The notes below the pieces were generated by a model. The model was not told the DNA's origin. It was given only the letters and a program-made list of their open reading frames with translations, and searched no databases. Shown in pieces: positions 1 through 8,389 of a stretch of DNA of 55,983 nucleotides. The first letter of the stretch is position 1, and the number at the start of each line of letters is the position of its first letter. The translations under genes and the position numbers were made by a program. Location: the IMG/VR virus record IMGVR_UViG_3300016478_000096, positions 1 to 55,983 of that record; one strand, written 5' to 3'. This DNA comes from a virus.

Positions 1-22
1 AGTAGTGCTCGCTGGCGATGTT
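1..22. repeat. Terminal direct repeat, copy 1 (identical to 55962-55983). Circular-assembly overlap or terminal redundancy.
   Basis: agtagtgctcgctggcgatgtt is read at both window ends. A 157-codon ORF reads in frame through the join. Confidence 0.9.
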
Positions 23-106
23 GGCCTCAATGTCCGCAGGCGTGATGCGCGCGGCCGTCTTGCCCTTGGCTTGAATTTCCTGTTCGATTTGTGCGTCGGT
101 GCTCAT
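1..106 (-). CDS. First 106 nt (N-terminus) of a junction-spanning gene for an N4 gp49 / Sf6 gp66-family protein. It continues at 55961 down to 55597; 156 aa in total.
   Basis: ATG at 106-104 overlaps the stop of the upstream gene (ATGA). It translates as MSTDAQIEQEIQAKGKTAARITPADIEAN and stays in frame with the 55597-55983 segment after removing the 22-nt overlap (106+365=471 nt). Confidence 0.85.
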   Translation of the reverse strand, partial: MSTDAQIEQEIQAKGKTAARITPADIEANIASEHY

Positions 107-618
107 TCCACGATCCTCCAGTCCTCGGCCAGCATGTCGGTCTGCGATGCGAGCCAGCCCATCAGGATTGCATCGTCAGCGGTTTTCATGGTGATGCACG
201 GCAGCACGCGAGCGGCGCCGCCTTGCTGCACAGCGAAGTCGCTGTTGTGCTTTGACCAAAACTTGTCCTGGTCGACGTAGCGGGCGTGGACCGAGTCGCC
301 GGAAAGCGACAGCCACATGCCTTTGCCATTCCAACCAGCGCGGGCGACCTTGTGGCCAGCCTTCAACGCCTCGATGGCCATGCCAAACGTCAGGCCATCG
401 GTCGGGCGGTATGCGCGGTTGAACACTTCTGCAGGCGACCAGGACACATAACCGGCGTACAGGTCCGTGTTGCCTTTGCCGCCGTCCAAGTACTCGACCA
501 AGTAGCCTTCATCCGCGCCGTTTTCGTCGGCGGGAAGCTGCCAGCCACGGAAGTCGTTGTACTCCTGGCGGGTCATGGGCTTAGCGTTGATGAGCTTCAC
601 TCCAATGTGTTGTTTCAT
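103..618 (-). CDS. Two-module protein: an N-terminal small domain of unknown function plus a C-terminal DUF2829 (Thoeris anti-defence Tad2-like) domain.
   Basis: The C-terminal half reads LTFGMAIEALKAGHKVARAGWNGKGMWL...LPCITMKTADDAILMGWLASQTDMLAEDWRIVE, matching the DUF2829 signature as I remember it. SD GAGGGG lies 7 nt upstream of the ATG at 618. Confidence 0.7.
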   Translation of the reverse strand: MKQHIGVKLINAKPMTRQEYNDFRGWQLPADENGADEGYLVEYLDGGKGNTDLYAGYVSWSPAEVFNRAYRPTDGLTFGMAIEALKAGHKVARAGWNGKGMWLSLSGDSVHARYVDQDKFWSKHNSDFAVQQGGAARVLPCITMKTADDAILMGWLASQTDMLAEDWRIVE

Positions 619-627
619 GACAGCCCC

Positions 628-1038
628 TCAGATGAACGCACGGATGGCCAGCGGGTCGCCGGTCACCTGGCCAATGATGTCCAGATCGTTGAAGATCACG
701 AACAGCGCGGACTCGCCGGAGGCCAGGGGCACTTCCCAGCGATCGCCGCCGTACTTGGGCACGCGCACGTAGTCGCCGGGGCTGCACCAGCTGCCCTCGG
801 GCCAGGAGTCCATGGTGTTTCGGTTCTTGAACGCAAGCGCGCCAACGGAGACAACGCGGGCCACCTGGGTGTTCCACTTCTCGGTGTCACGCGAGCCGTT
901 GTCGATGATGATGCCCGAGGCGGTCTTGGTCTTAGGGGTGCGAATCTGCACCAGAACGCGGCTTCCAAACGGGATGATTCCCGGGGATGCGTCGGGGAAT
1001 GCCTCCCGCATCGCGTCAATCAGCACTTCAGCTGTCAT
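628..1038 (-). CDS. GroES/Cpn10-like co-chaperonin.
   Basis: RVLVQIRTPKTKTASGIIID...ARVVSVG...GDYVRVPKYGG...FNDLDIIGQV is colinear with GroES (RVIVKR..KSAGGIVL..GEVLAVG..GDIVIF..ESDILAIV). SD AAGGAG lies 7 nt upstream. Confidence 0.55.
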   Translation of the reverse strand: MTAEVLIDAMREAFPDASPGIIPFGSRVLVQIRTPKTKTASGIIIDNGSRDTEKWNTQVARVVSVGALAFKNRNTMDSWPEGSWCSPGDYVRVPKYGGDRWEVPLASGESALFVIFNDLDIIGQVTGDPLAIRAFI

Positions 1039-1111
1039 CTTCTGCTCCTTTCAGCAGGTGTACGGCGGCCACAGCGGCCGCCATCAAAAAATCGTCACAG
1101 ACCGGTGCAAA

Positions 1112-1309
1112 TCACAGGTCTCGGTCGCCGTTTCGCTCGTCGTCCAGAAGATCAAGCAGGGCTTTGATGGCCGCTTCGTATCCAGCGACCATGCCCACGC
1201 GGTATCCGTACTCGAAAGCGTCACGCTCGACCGGGCGCTTGAGGGCTTCAAGCGCAAACGCCTGCTGTTCGACCTTGAGCCGAGCGAGCAGGCGGTCCTC
1301 GATGGCCAT
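1112..1309 (-). CDS. Hypothetical protein (65 aa).
   Basis: ATG at 1309 overlaps the stop of the 48-aa ORF upstream (ATGA). Third positions are GC-rich and it lies in the head operon. Confidence 0.65.
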   Translation of the reverse strand: MAIEDRLLARLKVEQQAFALEALKRPVERDAFEYGYRVGMVAGYEAAIKALLDLLDDERNGDRDL

Positions 1310-1455
1310 CAGGCGGGGGTCTTAGGCATCGAGGGGGCGGCCGGTTGCGTCTGGCCGGTCACGGGCTGGCCAGCGGCCATGCGGTGGTGCTGCTTGACCA
1401 GCGCGCCGGTCATCGGAACGGTGCCAGTGGTGGGTTTGTCGCTTGAATTCGCCAT
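1309..1455 (-). CDS. Hypothetical small protein (48 aa, below the ORF-track cutoff).
   Basis: Hand translation gives MANSSDKPTTGTVPMTGALVKQHHRMAAGQPVTGQTQPAAPSMPKTPA. SD AAGGAG lies 7 nt upstream of the ATG at 1455. The stop overlaps the next start. Confidence 0.6.
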   Translation of the reverse strand: MANSSDKPTTGTVPMTGALVKQHHRMAAGQPVTGQTQPAAPSMPKTPA

Positions 1456-1476
1456 GGTGGGCTCCTTTGGGTTGGG

Positions 1477-4023
1477 TTATCGGGCGCCCGGGTTGATCCC
1501 GGTACCGGTGCTCACGGCGATTTTCTCACCGGAGGCGATTTCTGCTGCGGCCAGACGCATGGCCGTCACGTTGTCGTCCGTGTTCATGCCAACACGGGCA
1601 TCGATCTCGGCCGCTGTGCGCTGGCTCTCGGCTGCCTGGCGCATCTGCTCGGCTTGGAAGTCCTCGGCACGCGCCTGCTGCTTGTCGGCCAGGCCTGCTG
1701 CGTCGAGCTGCGCTTTTTGCGCGGCGGTCTGCTGCTGCTGGGCCAGCTTGGCCTGCTCGATCTGCAGGCGTCCGGCGTCCGTTTGGGCGCGCTGCTGCAG
1801 CGCGGCCTGCTGCACCTGCGCATTGAGCTGCGCAATCTGCATGCTGTTGTCCGGCGGGAGCTGGGGCTTGGGCGCGAACTGCTCGGCCATCTTGTCGATC
1901 TTGGCCAGCTCCTGCGCAAACTGAGCGAGTTGCTTCTCGATGATCTGCTGGACCTTGACGATCACGCGCACTTGCTGCTCCGAATCGCCGCTGGCGATCA
2001 GGTGCTCGCGTTCTGCGCGCTGCACAGCCTCGTGCGCCTGCGTCAGGTAGAAGTTCAGCAGGTGATCGCGCAAGTGTTGCGCCATCGGGTAGATGAACGA
2101 CTTGATGATCGCCGGGTTCATGCCAAACATGGGCGATTTCAGGAAGGCCAGGTGCGTCTGGATGTGCGCCACATGGTCCTGCTTGGGCAGCACGTAGACC
2201 GGACGGCCCATCGAGGCGGCCACGTTTTCGCTCACCGGGTCCACATCGTCCTGGCCAGGCTGAGGCTGCAGCACGTCGTCCGGGCTGAGCTTCAGATTAC
2301 GCAGGAACATTTCCTCAACCTTGCGCAGGTCGTACATCTGCGGCATGACCGCCGCGCGAGCCTGCACGGCCTGGACCTGAGCGAAGCGCTGCGCCTCGCT
2401 GAAAATGGCCGGGTCGCTCACAGGCACAACGTCCATCGGGCCGTCAAAGTCCTCGGGCTTGATCTCCAGGCCAGATTCCTCGGCCGCAATGTCCTCGTCG
2501 GTCAGGTAGGCGCTGTTGATGCGGTGCAGGATCTGGAACACGCGCGCCATCGAGTTGTGCAGGCGCGAGTGGATGGAGCTGAACACCACCATGCCCTGCT
2601 CGATCAGAGCCAGGGTTGTGCCCACTGGAGCGTTGGGGTTCTGGTCGGACAGCTTCTCGAACGAGGTCTGCACCACGCCCTTGCCTGCGTCCACCAGGAA
2701 GCCGAGCAGCTGGAACAGCGTGGGGCTCGGACCGTTGAACGGCAGCGGCATGGCCAGCTTGCGAATGTCGTCGACCAGGGCGCCGCCCTCGATCTCGACC
2801 ACCTCGGTCGGCTGCACGTTGATGGTCTGCCCGCCAGGCCCGCCCTTGAGCTTGATCATGGTCGGGATGTTCTGGATGTGGGCTGAGTCCAGCAGCGCGC
2901 GCAGGGCGCCGGTGGCAGCGCCAGACAGGCCGCCGATCATGTGGGTCAGGCCAATCGGGTAGGCGCCGCGCCAGGGAACGAACGGGAACTCGACAATCCA
3001 GTCCAGCTCCTTGCGGCGCGCGTCCTCGGGCTCCCAGTTGCGGTACAGGGCCAGGGCTTTGCGCGTGGACTTGTCGATGCTGATGATGTACGGCTCCATG
3101 CCGTCACCAAAGTCCAGGTGGGTGTAAATCTCGAAGATGGTGCGCAGGCCGTCCTCGTTGTAGCTGGTGTCCTCGCGGCCCTCGATTTTGTCGTTGGCCA
3201 CGGTGGAGCGGCTGAACTCGACCTGATCGGGTGAGCCAATGTCCACCTCGGCGTACATGCCCGCCTTCATGCGACGGTTGAACTCGGCCTTGGTGACGTA
3301 CTGCACGTGCGTCTTGCGCTCGGCCGAGTAGAAGTTGGTGGCCGCAAACGGCAGGTAAATGTCGTCGATCGGGATGAACTCAGCGGTAGGGCGCTTCCAC
3401 TGCGGCGACCACATGAGCTTCAAGTACTGGCCGCCGCCCAAGGGCAGTTGCGTCGAGAGCTGCTCGAGCTCGCCGCGCAGCTCGGGCATTTGCTGCGTGG
3501 TCTGCCAGTTCATGAAGTCGGCCTTGCGGCGGGCTTTTTCCAGCTTCTCGGGCTCGACCTCGCCCAGAATCTTGGACTTGACCGGGCCGCCGGGCGGGAA
3601 AATCTCCTTCATGAAGCGGGCACTGAAGTCGACGCAGGCCTCGACCAGCATGGGGTGAACGACCTTGTTGGCGCCGGTGAACTGCGCGCCGCCGGGGGCA
3701 TCGTCACCCAGGCCGGTGCGGCGCAGGCCTTCCTCGTAGAGTTTGTCGCGCTTCTCGCGGGCGTCTTTGTCGCGCTCGATCTTGTCGAGCAGGTCACTGG
3801 TCGCGTCGGCCAGCATGCTGCGATCGACCTCGTCGACGATGTTGGCGAAGTGGGCCTTCTTGTCGGCCACATCCTGCTCGTTTTTCATGCGGATGACCGC
3901 ACCACCGTCGTCGGTGTCCTCGACCTCCATCTCATCCTCAGTTGGCAGGGTGACGGTCTCGCCGCGCTGCTCTTCCTCGGAGTCGTTGACGTCGGTGCCG
4001 TTGTTCAGAAGTTCGTCTGCCAT
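1477..4023 (-). CDS. Putative portal protein (848 aa) with a Q/A-rich coiled-coil C-terminus.
   Basis: Largest head-module protein downstream of TerL. It has an acidic N-terminus and a long C-terminal helical Q/A-rich segment reminiscent of a P22-type portal barrel. Assignment rests on position and size, not on a verified motif. Confidence 0.6.
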   Translation of the reverse strand: MADELLNNGTDVNDSEEEQRGETVTLPTEDEMEVEDTDDGGAVIRMKNEQDVADKKAHFANIVDEVDRSMLADATSDLLDKIERDKDAREKRDKLYEEGLRRTGLGDDAPGGAQFTGANKVVHPMLVEACVDFSARFMKEIFPPGGPVKSKILGEVEPEKLEKARRKADFMNWQTTQQMPELRGELEQLSTQLPLGGGQYLKLMWSPQWKRPTAEFIPIDDIYLPFAATNFYSAERKTHVQYVTKAEFNRRMKAGMYAEVDIGSPDQVEFSRSTVANDKIEGREDTSYNEDGLRTIFEIYTHLDFGDGMEPYIISIDKSTRKALALYRNWEPEDARRKELDWIVEFPFVPWRGAYPIGLTHMIGGLSGAATGALRALLDSAHIQNIPTMIKLKGGPGGQTINVQPTEVVEIEGGALVDDIRKLAMPLPFNGPSPTLFQLLGFLVDAGKGVVQTSFEKLSDQNPNAPVGTTLALIEQGMVVFSSIHSRLHNSMARVFQILHRINSAYLTDEDIAAEESGLEIKPEDFDGPMDVVPVSDPAIFSEAQRFAQVQAVQARAAVMPQMYDLRKVEEMFLRNLKLSPDDVLQPQPGQDDVDPVSENVAASMGRPVYVLPKQDHVAHIQTHLAFLKSPMFGMNPAIIKSFIYPMAQHLRDHLLNFYLTQAHEAVQRAEREHLIASGDSEQQVRVIVKVQQIIEKQLAQFAQELAKIDKMAEQFAPKPQLPPDNSMQIAQLNAQVQQAALQQRAQTDAGRLQIEQAKLAQQQQTAAQKAQLDAAGLADKQQARAEDFQAEQMRQAAESQRTAAEIDARVGMNTDDNVTAMRLAAAEIASGEKIAVSTGTGINPGAR

Positions 4024-4025
4024 GT

Positions 4026-6371
4026 TTACCCTGCGTTGAGTGCGTTGAGATCGCCCACGATGGCGTCGATTCTATCCGGGTCGAAGTCTGCTGTGGGGGA
4101 ATTCGCAACCAGGCCGCCATCAGCGTAGGCTCGAACGTCCCCGGCTTGGCCACCGTCTGCGAATCGGTAGGCCGACGCTGGGTCCTGCATCGCGTCGCTG
4201 TTGTAGATGTTGGAGCCCACCAGGCCACCGTCGGCGTATTTTTGGACCAGGCCGCCCATGGCGAAGCCGCTGGCCTCGTCACCGCCGACAATTCTGCCCA
4301 TCGAGTCGTACTTTAGGCGCTTGCCTTCTGGGGTGATCATGTTGTGGAGCCGCTGGATATCTTCGCCGGTCAGCCAGCCGCTGTTGGGCAGCTCGGCGCC
4401 AGCCTCTTGCAGCATCCGAAGCTCGCCGGAGCCAAAAACATCGGTGAACTTTCGCAGGCCAGCGTTTTGTGCGTCTTTGACTTGGCTCCAATTTCCTGAC
4501 TTAACAAAGTCTTGAATCATTGGAAGCAAATGTGCATCGGGGTTATCTTTGTACCCAGTCCCGGCATGTCGAATTTTTTGTCCGGGGTCTTTTTTTCCGG
4601 AGCCTTTGATCTGGACGATTTCTTGAGGAAGACTGCGAACCCACTCCGCATATTCAGGTGTTGCCTCGATGTCGGAAATAAGCAAATCTTGAGATGCGAT
4701 TTTGCTTGATTTTGGGTAAAGCTTTTGAGCCTCTTTTTCAAGATCAAGATTTTTTGATGCCAGATACTGATACACAGAACCTTCACCGGGCGCCACCTCA
4801 ATGGTCACATGCGGCTGCCCCTTCTTGTCGCGCAGGCTGAAAATCTTGGACCGGCCCTCGACCACGTCTGGGCAGTAGCCGCCAACGCAGTGGCCCATGG
4901 TTTCGCCTTCGTATTTCAGGGCGTCCTCCAGGGCTTTAACCGATTCATCGATTTCAGACGGCTTCACACCAAACATTCTGATGTTCTCTTGAAGCATGTC
5001 GTTGAATTCTTGAGTACCTGGCCGGATGCCTTCGTCTCGCGCCATATCGCGAGTCATCGAAACAATGTCGTCGTGAGACATGGTTTCAACACCCTCACCT
5101 GCCATCTCAAGTTCTTCTGCAGATTTTGTGCGGGCAACATTTTTGCCTGTTGTTTCTGGTTTTCGCAACTCCACCCACTTAAACCCCTGCTCCGGATACT
5201 CCTTGACCAGATGCGTGGCCGGGTTCATGGCTCGTGCCATGTCAGCCTCGGCCTTTTGCGCCGCGCGCCACTCGTTGATCTTGGCCACGCGCTCGACGGC
5301 CTGGGGCACGGTCACCTTGTCCAGGTCGCTGTATTTCCAACGCAAGTTTTCGGGCAGGCCGGACGCGGGGTTGATGGCGTTGCGGAGCTCGTCGACCAGG
5401 TGCTGCATGCCAAGCTCTTCGTTCGCACCACCAAGAAGTTCGTACACGCGAGTTTCTGGCGGGACCTTTGCAAGCCACGGGTCTTTTTCAACAAGCTCAG
5501 GATAGCCGCGTGTTAAGTCGGATGCTTGAAGTTCGTTGAAGAAAGTGTCGGCACGTTTTTCCCATCGCTTTGCAAGGTCGGATTGCGCCATGCCTTCTTC
5601 TGGGAATCCAGCGGCGATGCGTTGTTTTGAAACGCTGTAGCCTGTTGGCGTTGGGTTGTAGTGCAAAACGCCGCGCTCGGCCAGCGCGCGCAATGGGTCC
5701 TCGGGTGTGGCCATCTCTTTTTCAAAGTACTTGCCGAGCTTGGTTTCAAGCCAGCGGTTCATGGCGGCTTCAGGCTCAAGGCGTGCACGCTCTCGCGCAA
5801 AAACAGCCGGGTCCATTGCGACGCCTGCTTCAACATTTTGGGCGTAAGCGGCATCAAGGTCGCGCAAACGAGCGGCAGGGTCTGAGCCAACTACTCGCGT
5901 CTTCATCGGCTCGATGACCCGCTCAATCGTTCCAGCCAGGAAGTTCCCGCCCTTTGGCTTGACCACGTTCACGGCAGGTTGACCAGCGGCCATGGCGAAG
6001 TCACGCCCAGCGCGCGACATCGCCGACGGCAGGCCAGCGATCGCGCGCAGCGGGGAGCCGGGCCCGGTGTAGAACCCGCCGCCAATCTGACCAGCGCCAG
6101 TGGCAGCACGGCCAACCGGAGTCTCGCTCACGCTGCGCAGCGGCAGGCGGCGCTCAATGTCCTCGCTGGTTGGCAGGAAGGTTTGCTCGGACAGGCCAGG
6201 CAGCATGCGCACAAGGGACTCAATATCGCCTGGGGCCCCCAGCACGCCAGAGGCCAAACCGCGCAAGGCGGCCAGCGGTGCGTCGGCAGATGCGGCGCGG
6301 TCGTTGAGCTCAGGACGGCGGCGGCCAGCGGAGCGGTAGCCGATATACGGCTGGTTCAGATCATCGGCCAC
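4026..6371 (-). CDS. Large (781 aa) PcfJ-like domain protein with C-terminal [FY]A-x-GG-L-V repeats. Possibly virion-associated.
   Basis: The block ALKYEGETMGHCVGGYCPDVVEGRSKIFSLRDKKGQPHVTIEV resembles the PcfJ-like core. The C-terminus carries FAMGGLV, YADGGLV, FADGGQA and YADGGLV. The gene lies between TerL and portal. Confidence 0.55.
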   Translation of the reverse strand: MADDLNQPYIGYRSAGRRRPELNDRAASADAPLAALRGLASGVLGAPGDIESLVRMLPGLSEQTFLPTSEDIERRLPLRSVSETPVGRAATGAGQIGGGFYTGPGSPLRAIAGLPSAMSRAGRDFAMAAGQPAVNVVKPKGGNFLAGTIERVIEPMKTRVVGSDPAARLRDLDAAYAQNVEAGVAMDPAVFARERARLEPEAAMNRWLETKLGKYFEKEMATPEDPLRALAERGVLHYNPTPTGYSVSKQRIAAGFPEEGMAQSDLAKRWEKRADTFFNELQASDLTRGYPELVEKDPWLAKVPPETRVYELLGGANEELGMQHLVDELRNAINPASGLPENLRWKYSDLDKVTVPQAVERVAKINEWRAAQKAEADMARAMNPATHLVKEYPEQGFKWVELRKPETTGKNVARTKSAEELEMAGEGVETMSHDDIVSMTRDMARDEGIRPGTQEFNDMLQENIRMFGVKPSEIDESVKALEDALKYEGETMGHCVGGYCPDVVEGRSKIFSLRDKKGQPHVTIEVAPGEGSVYQYLASKNLDLEKEAQKLYPKSSKIASQDLLISDIEATPEYAEWVRSLPQEIVQIKGSGKKDPGQKIRHAGTGYKDNPDAHLLPMIQDFVKSGNWSQVKDAQNAGLRKFTDVFGSGELRMLQEAGAELPNSGWLTGEDIQRLHNMITPEGKRLKYDSMGRIVGGDEASGFAMGGLVQKYADGGLVGSNIYNSDAMQDPASAYRFADGGQAGDVRAYADGGLVANSPTADFDPDRIDAIVGDLNALNAG

Positions 6372-6816
6372 AAGAGCACTCCTTGATGTGGTTGAGGGGG
6401 CTGTGAATCAAACCACCCTGAGCTTTGTTGACCCACGGAACACCGGCCTGCTGCTCGCGGGCGGCGCGTTCTGCTGCTTGCTGCACAAGGTCTTCAAGTT
6501 CGCGTTGCGATTGCGCCCGGCGCGCCATCTCGATGCCAAGCGCGTTGTTGTGCAAATCTTGCTGGTAGTCCTTGGGCATCTCACCCATTCCAAGCATCAT
6601 TTTCAAAGCGGCCAGTGGGGAGGTGGAGTACTCGTGCAGCTTGCCGAGCATCGCGGCGGTTTCGGGGCTGTACTTTCGGGCCAGCGTACCAGCAGCCAGC
6701 ATGTGGCGAGCAGCGTCTTGCTGGTCATCTTGGCCAAACTGGCCTGGGTACATCTCGCGGGCGATCGCGCGCGCATAGGGCGAGACGGAAAAAATCGATG
6801 GTGCGTCAGACGGCAT
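6361..6816 (-). CDS. Hypothetical protein (151 aa from ATG 6816; the ORF is open to 6861).
   Basis: Carries the ordered polar motif DAARH...GKLHEY...DLHNNALG. It overlaps the TerL stop by 11 nt and the next gene by 11 nt. Confidence 0.65.
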   Translation of the reverse strand: MPSDAPSIFSVSPYARAIAREMYPGQFGQDDQQDAARHMLAAGTLARKYSPETAAMLGKLHEYSTSPLAALKMMLGMGEMPKDYQQDLHNNALGIEMARRAQSQRELEDLVQQAAERAAREQQAGVPWVNKAQGGLIHSPLNHIKECSCGR

Positions 6817-8389
6817 AGGGATTGACCCTTTCTTTACGACGATGGTTTTGATCTTCATCAACGTCGCGTGCTCTTGGCATTTCCAGCAGGCCGTCGTTTT
6901 TCAAATAGATTATCGCTTGAGTGAGCGTATCCACAAAATCGTCGTGCTCGGCCACAGGGAACTTGGCGACCTGCTTGAGGAACGTATCAGCCCAGCTTAC
7001 AGGTTGGCCCGGGTTCTTGGCGGACTCGGGAATCCAGAGCAACCCAAGCTCCAGGATTGGCGCGGCCTGGTGGGCTCGGGACACTTTGTCGGCGTTCCCT
7101 GGGTTGTACCCGATGGCTGGAACGCGCGCAAGACGCAAGTCCTGCAGAAGCGACTGCCCAGAAGCCTTGGCTTCCACGAGGATCCGGTCAGGGCGTCTGC
7201 CTTTGGTTGGCATACCAGCCTTGGCCGAGCTGTCTGCTCCGTACTCCGACGTCCAATCCTTGATCACTCGCTTGCGCAGCTCCGGGTAGCCCAGGTGCTC
7301 GTCCCAGGCGTCCAGCAGCATGGCTTGGCGCAAGCCCCGGTGCGAGAACACGCCCCAGACCGTGCAGGCCGTCGGGTCGCCGGTGGTGCGCTCGGTGAAT
7401 GCGCAGTCGTAGCTCTGCAGGATGTACTCGAAGGGCGGCAGGCGCTGGGCCACAGGCCAAAGGTTGAAGCGGTCGGCCTTCAAGATGCCGCCCTCGGCGG
7501 GCGACGGGTCCTGCTGGAGCTGGCCGGCCGAGCCGTAGGTGCCCAGCAGCTGCTTGAGCTTGGTGATTTCCTTTTCGCCGAAGCGCGCCGGGCAGATCAG
7601 CTCGCCCTTCTCGCGGCGCGGATCGTAGGGGCCAAGGATGGTGCTGCGGCTCTTGCCGTCCCACTCGGCCGGGATGCAGATGTGCTCCCAGCCGCCAATG
7701 TCGTCGATGATGTGCCCGCTGATGTCCTTCTCGTGCAGGCGCTGCATGACCGTCACCATGGCGTCGGTCTTGGGGTTGTTCAGTCGCGTGGACCAGACCT
7801 GGTCGAACCACTCAAGCGCGGTTTCACGCATCGCGTCGGACTGCGCGTCCTGGGCGCCGTGCGGGTCGTCAAGGATCAGGCGCGAGCCACCCTCACCCGT
7901 GGCGGTACCGCCGACCGAGGTGGCTAGGCGGTAGCCGGTCTTGTTGTTCTCGAAGCGCTGCTTGGCGTTTTGGTCACCGGCCAGCGCAAACATGTGCCCC
8001 CAGCGCTCCTGGTACCAGGGCGACTGGATCAGGCGCCGGGCTTTCAGGTTGTCCCGGATGGACAGCGTGCCCGAGTAGGAAGCGGCGAGGAACTTCTGCT
8101 CGGGCGAGGTCAGCCACTCCCAGGCGCACCAGGCCACCGAGACGATGGTGGACTTGGAGTGGCGCGGCGGGATGTTGATCAGCAGCCGCGTGATCTCGCC
8201 GGAGCTCACCGCCTCCAGGTGCTCGCAGATGGCCTCGATGTGCCAGCTTGGCACGAACGGCACGCCGGGCTCCATCACGTGCCAGGCCTGCTGCACGAAC
8301 TCGTACAGGCTGGCGCTGGCCTTGCGCCGGGCCTGCTCCTTGGCGATCAGGTCCAGCATGACGGCGGGGGAAACGCTCACTGCGGCCAC
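6806..8389 (-). CDS. terL: Terminase large subunit.
   Basis: ATPase block LINIPPRHSKST (Walker A-like) and LILDDPH (Walker B-like), followed by a C-terminal nuclease-like half. Apparent GTG start at 8389 preceded by GAGG; alternative ATG at 8359. Confidence 0.85.
   Translation of the reverse strand: MAAVSVSPAVMLDLIAKEQARRKASASLYEFVQQAWHVMEPGVPFVPSWHIEAICEHLEAVSSGEITRLLINIPPRHSKSTIVSVAWCAWEWLTSPEQKFLAASYSGTLSIRDNLKARRLIQSPWYQERWGHMFALAGDQNAKQRFENNKTGYRLATSVGGTATGEGGSRLILDDPHGAQDAQSDAMRETALEWFDQVWSTRLNNPKTDAMVTVMQRLHEKDISGHIIDDIGGWEHICIPAEWDGKSRSTILGPYDPRREKGELICPARFGEKEITKLKQLLGTYGSAGQLQQDPSPAEGGILKADRFNLWPVAQRLPPFEYILQSYDCAFTERTTGDPTACTVWGVFSHRGLRQAMLLDAWDEHLGYPELRKRVIKDWTSEYGADSSAKAGMPTKGRRPDRILVEAKASGQSLLQDLRLARVPAIGYNPGNADKVSRAHQAAPILELGLLWIPESAKNPGQPVSWADTFLKQVAKFPVAEHDDFVDTLTQAIIYLKNDGLLEMPRARDVDEDQNHRRKERVNPYAV

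Noticed and set aside
286-2886. Plus-strand ORFs 286-1167 (293 aa), 812-1924 (370 aa) and 1654-2886 (410 aa).
   Set aside because: They are antisense to the DUF2829, GroES-like and portal genes. Their composition is R/A/G/L-biased, their starts are not supported by SD sequences, and they overlap each other in different frames.
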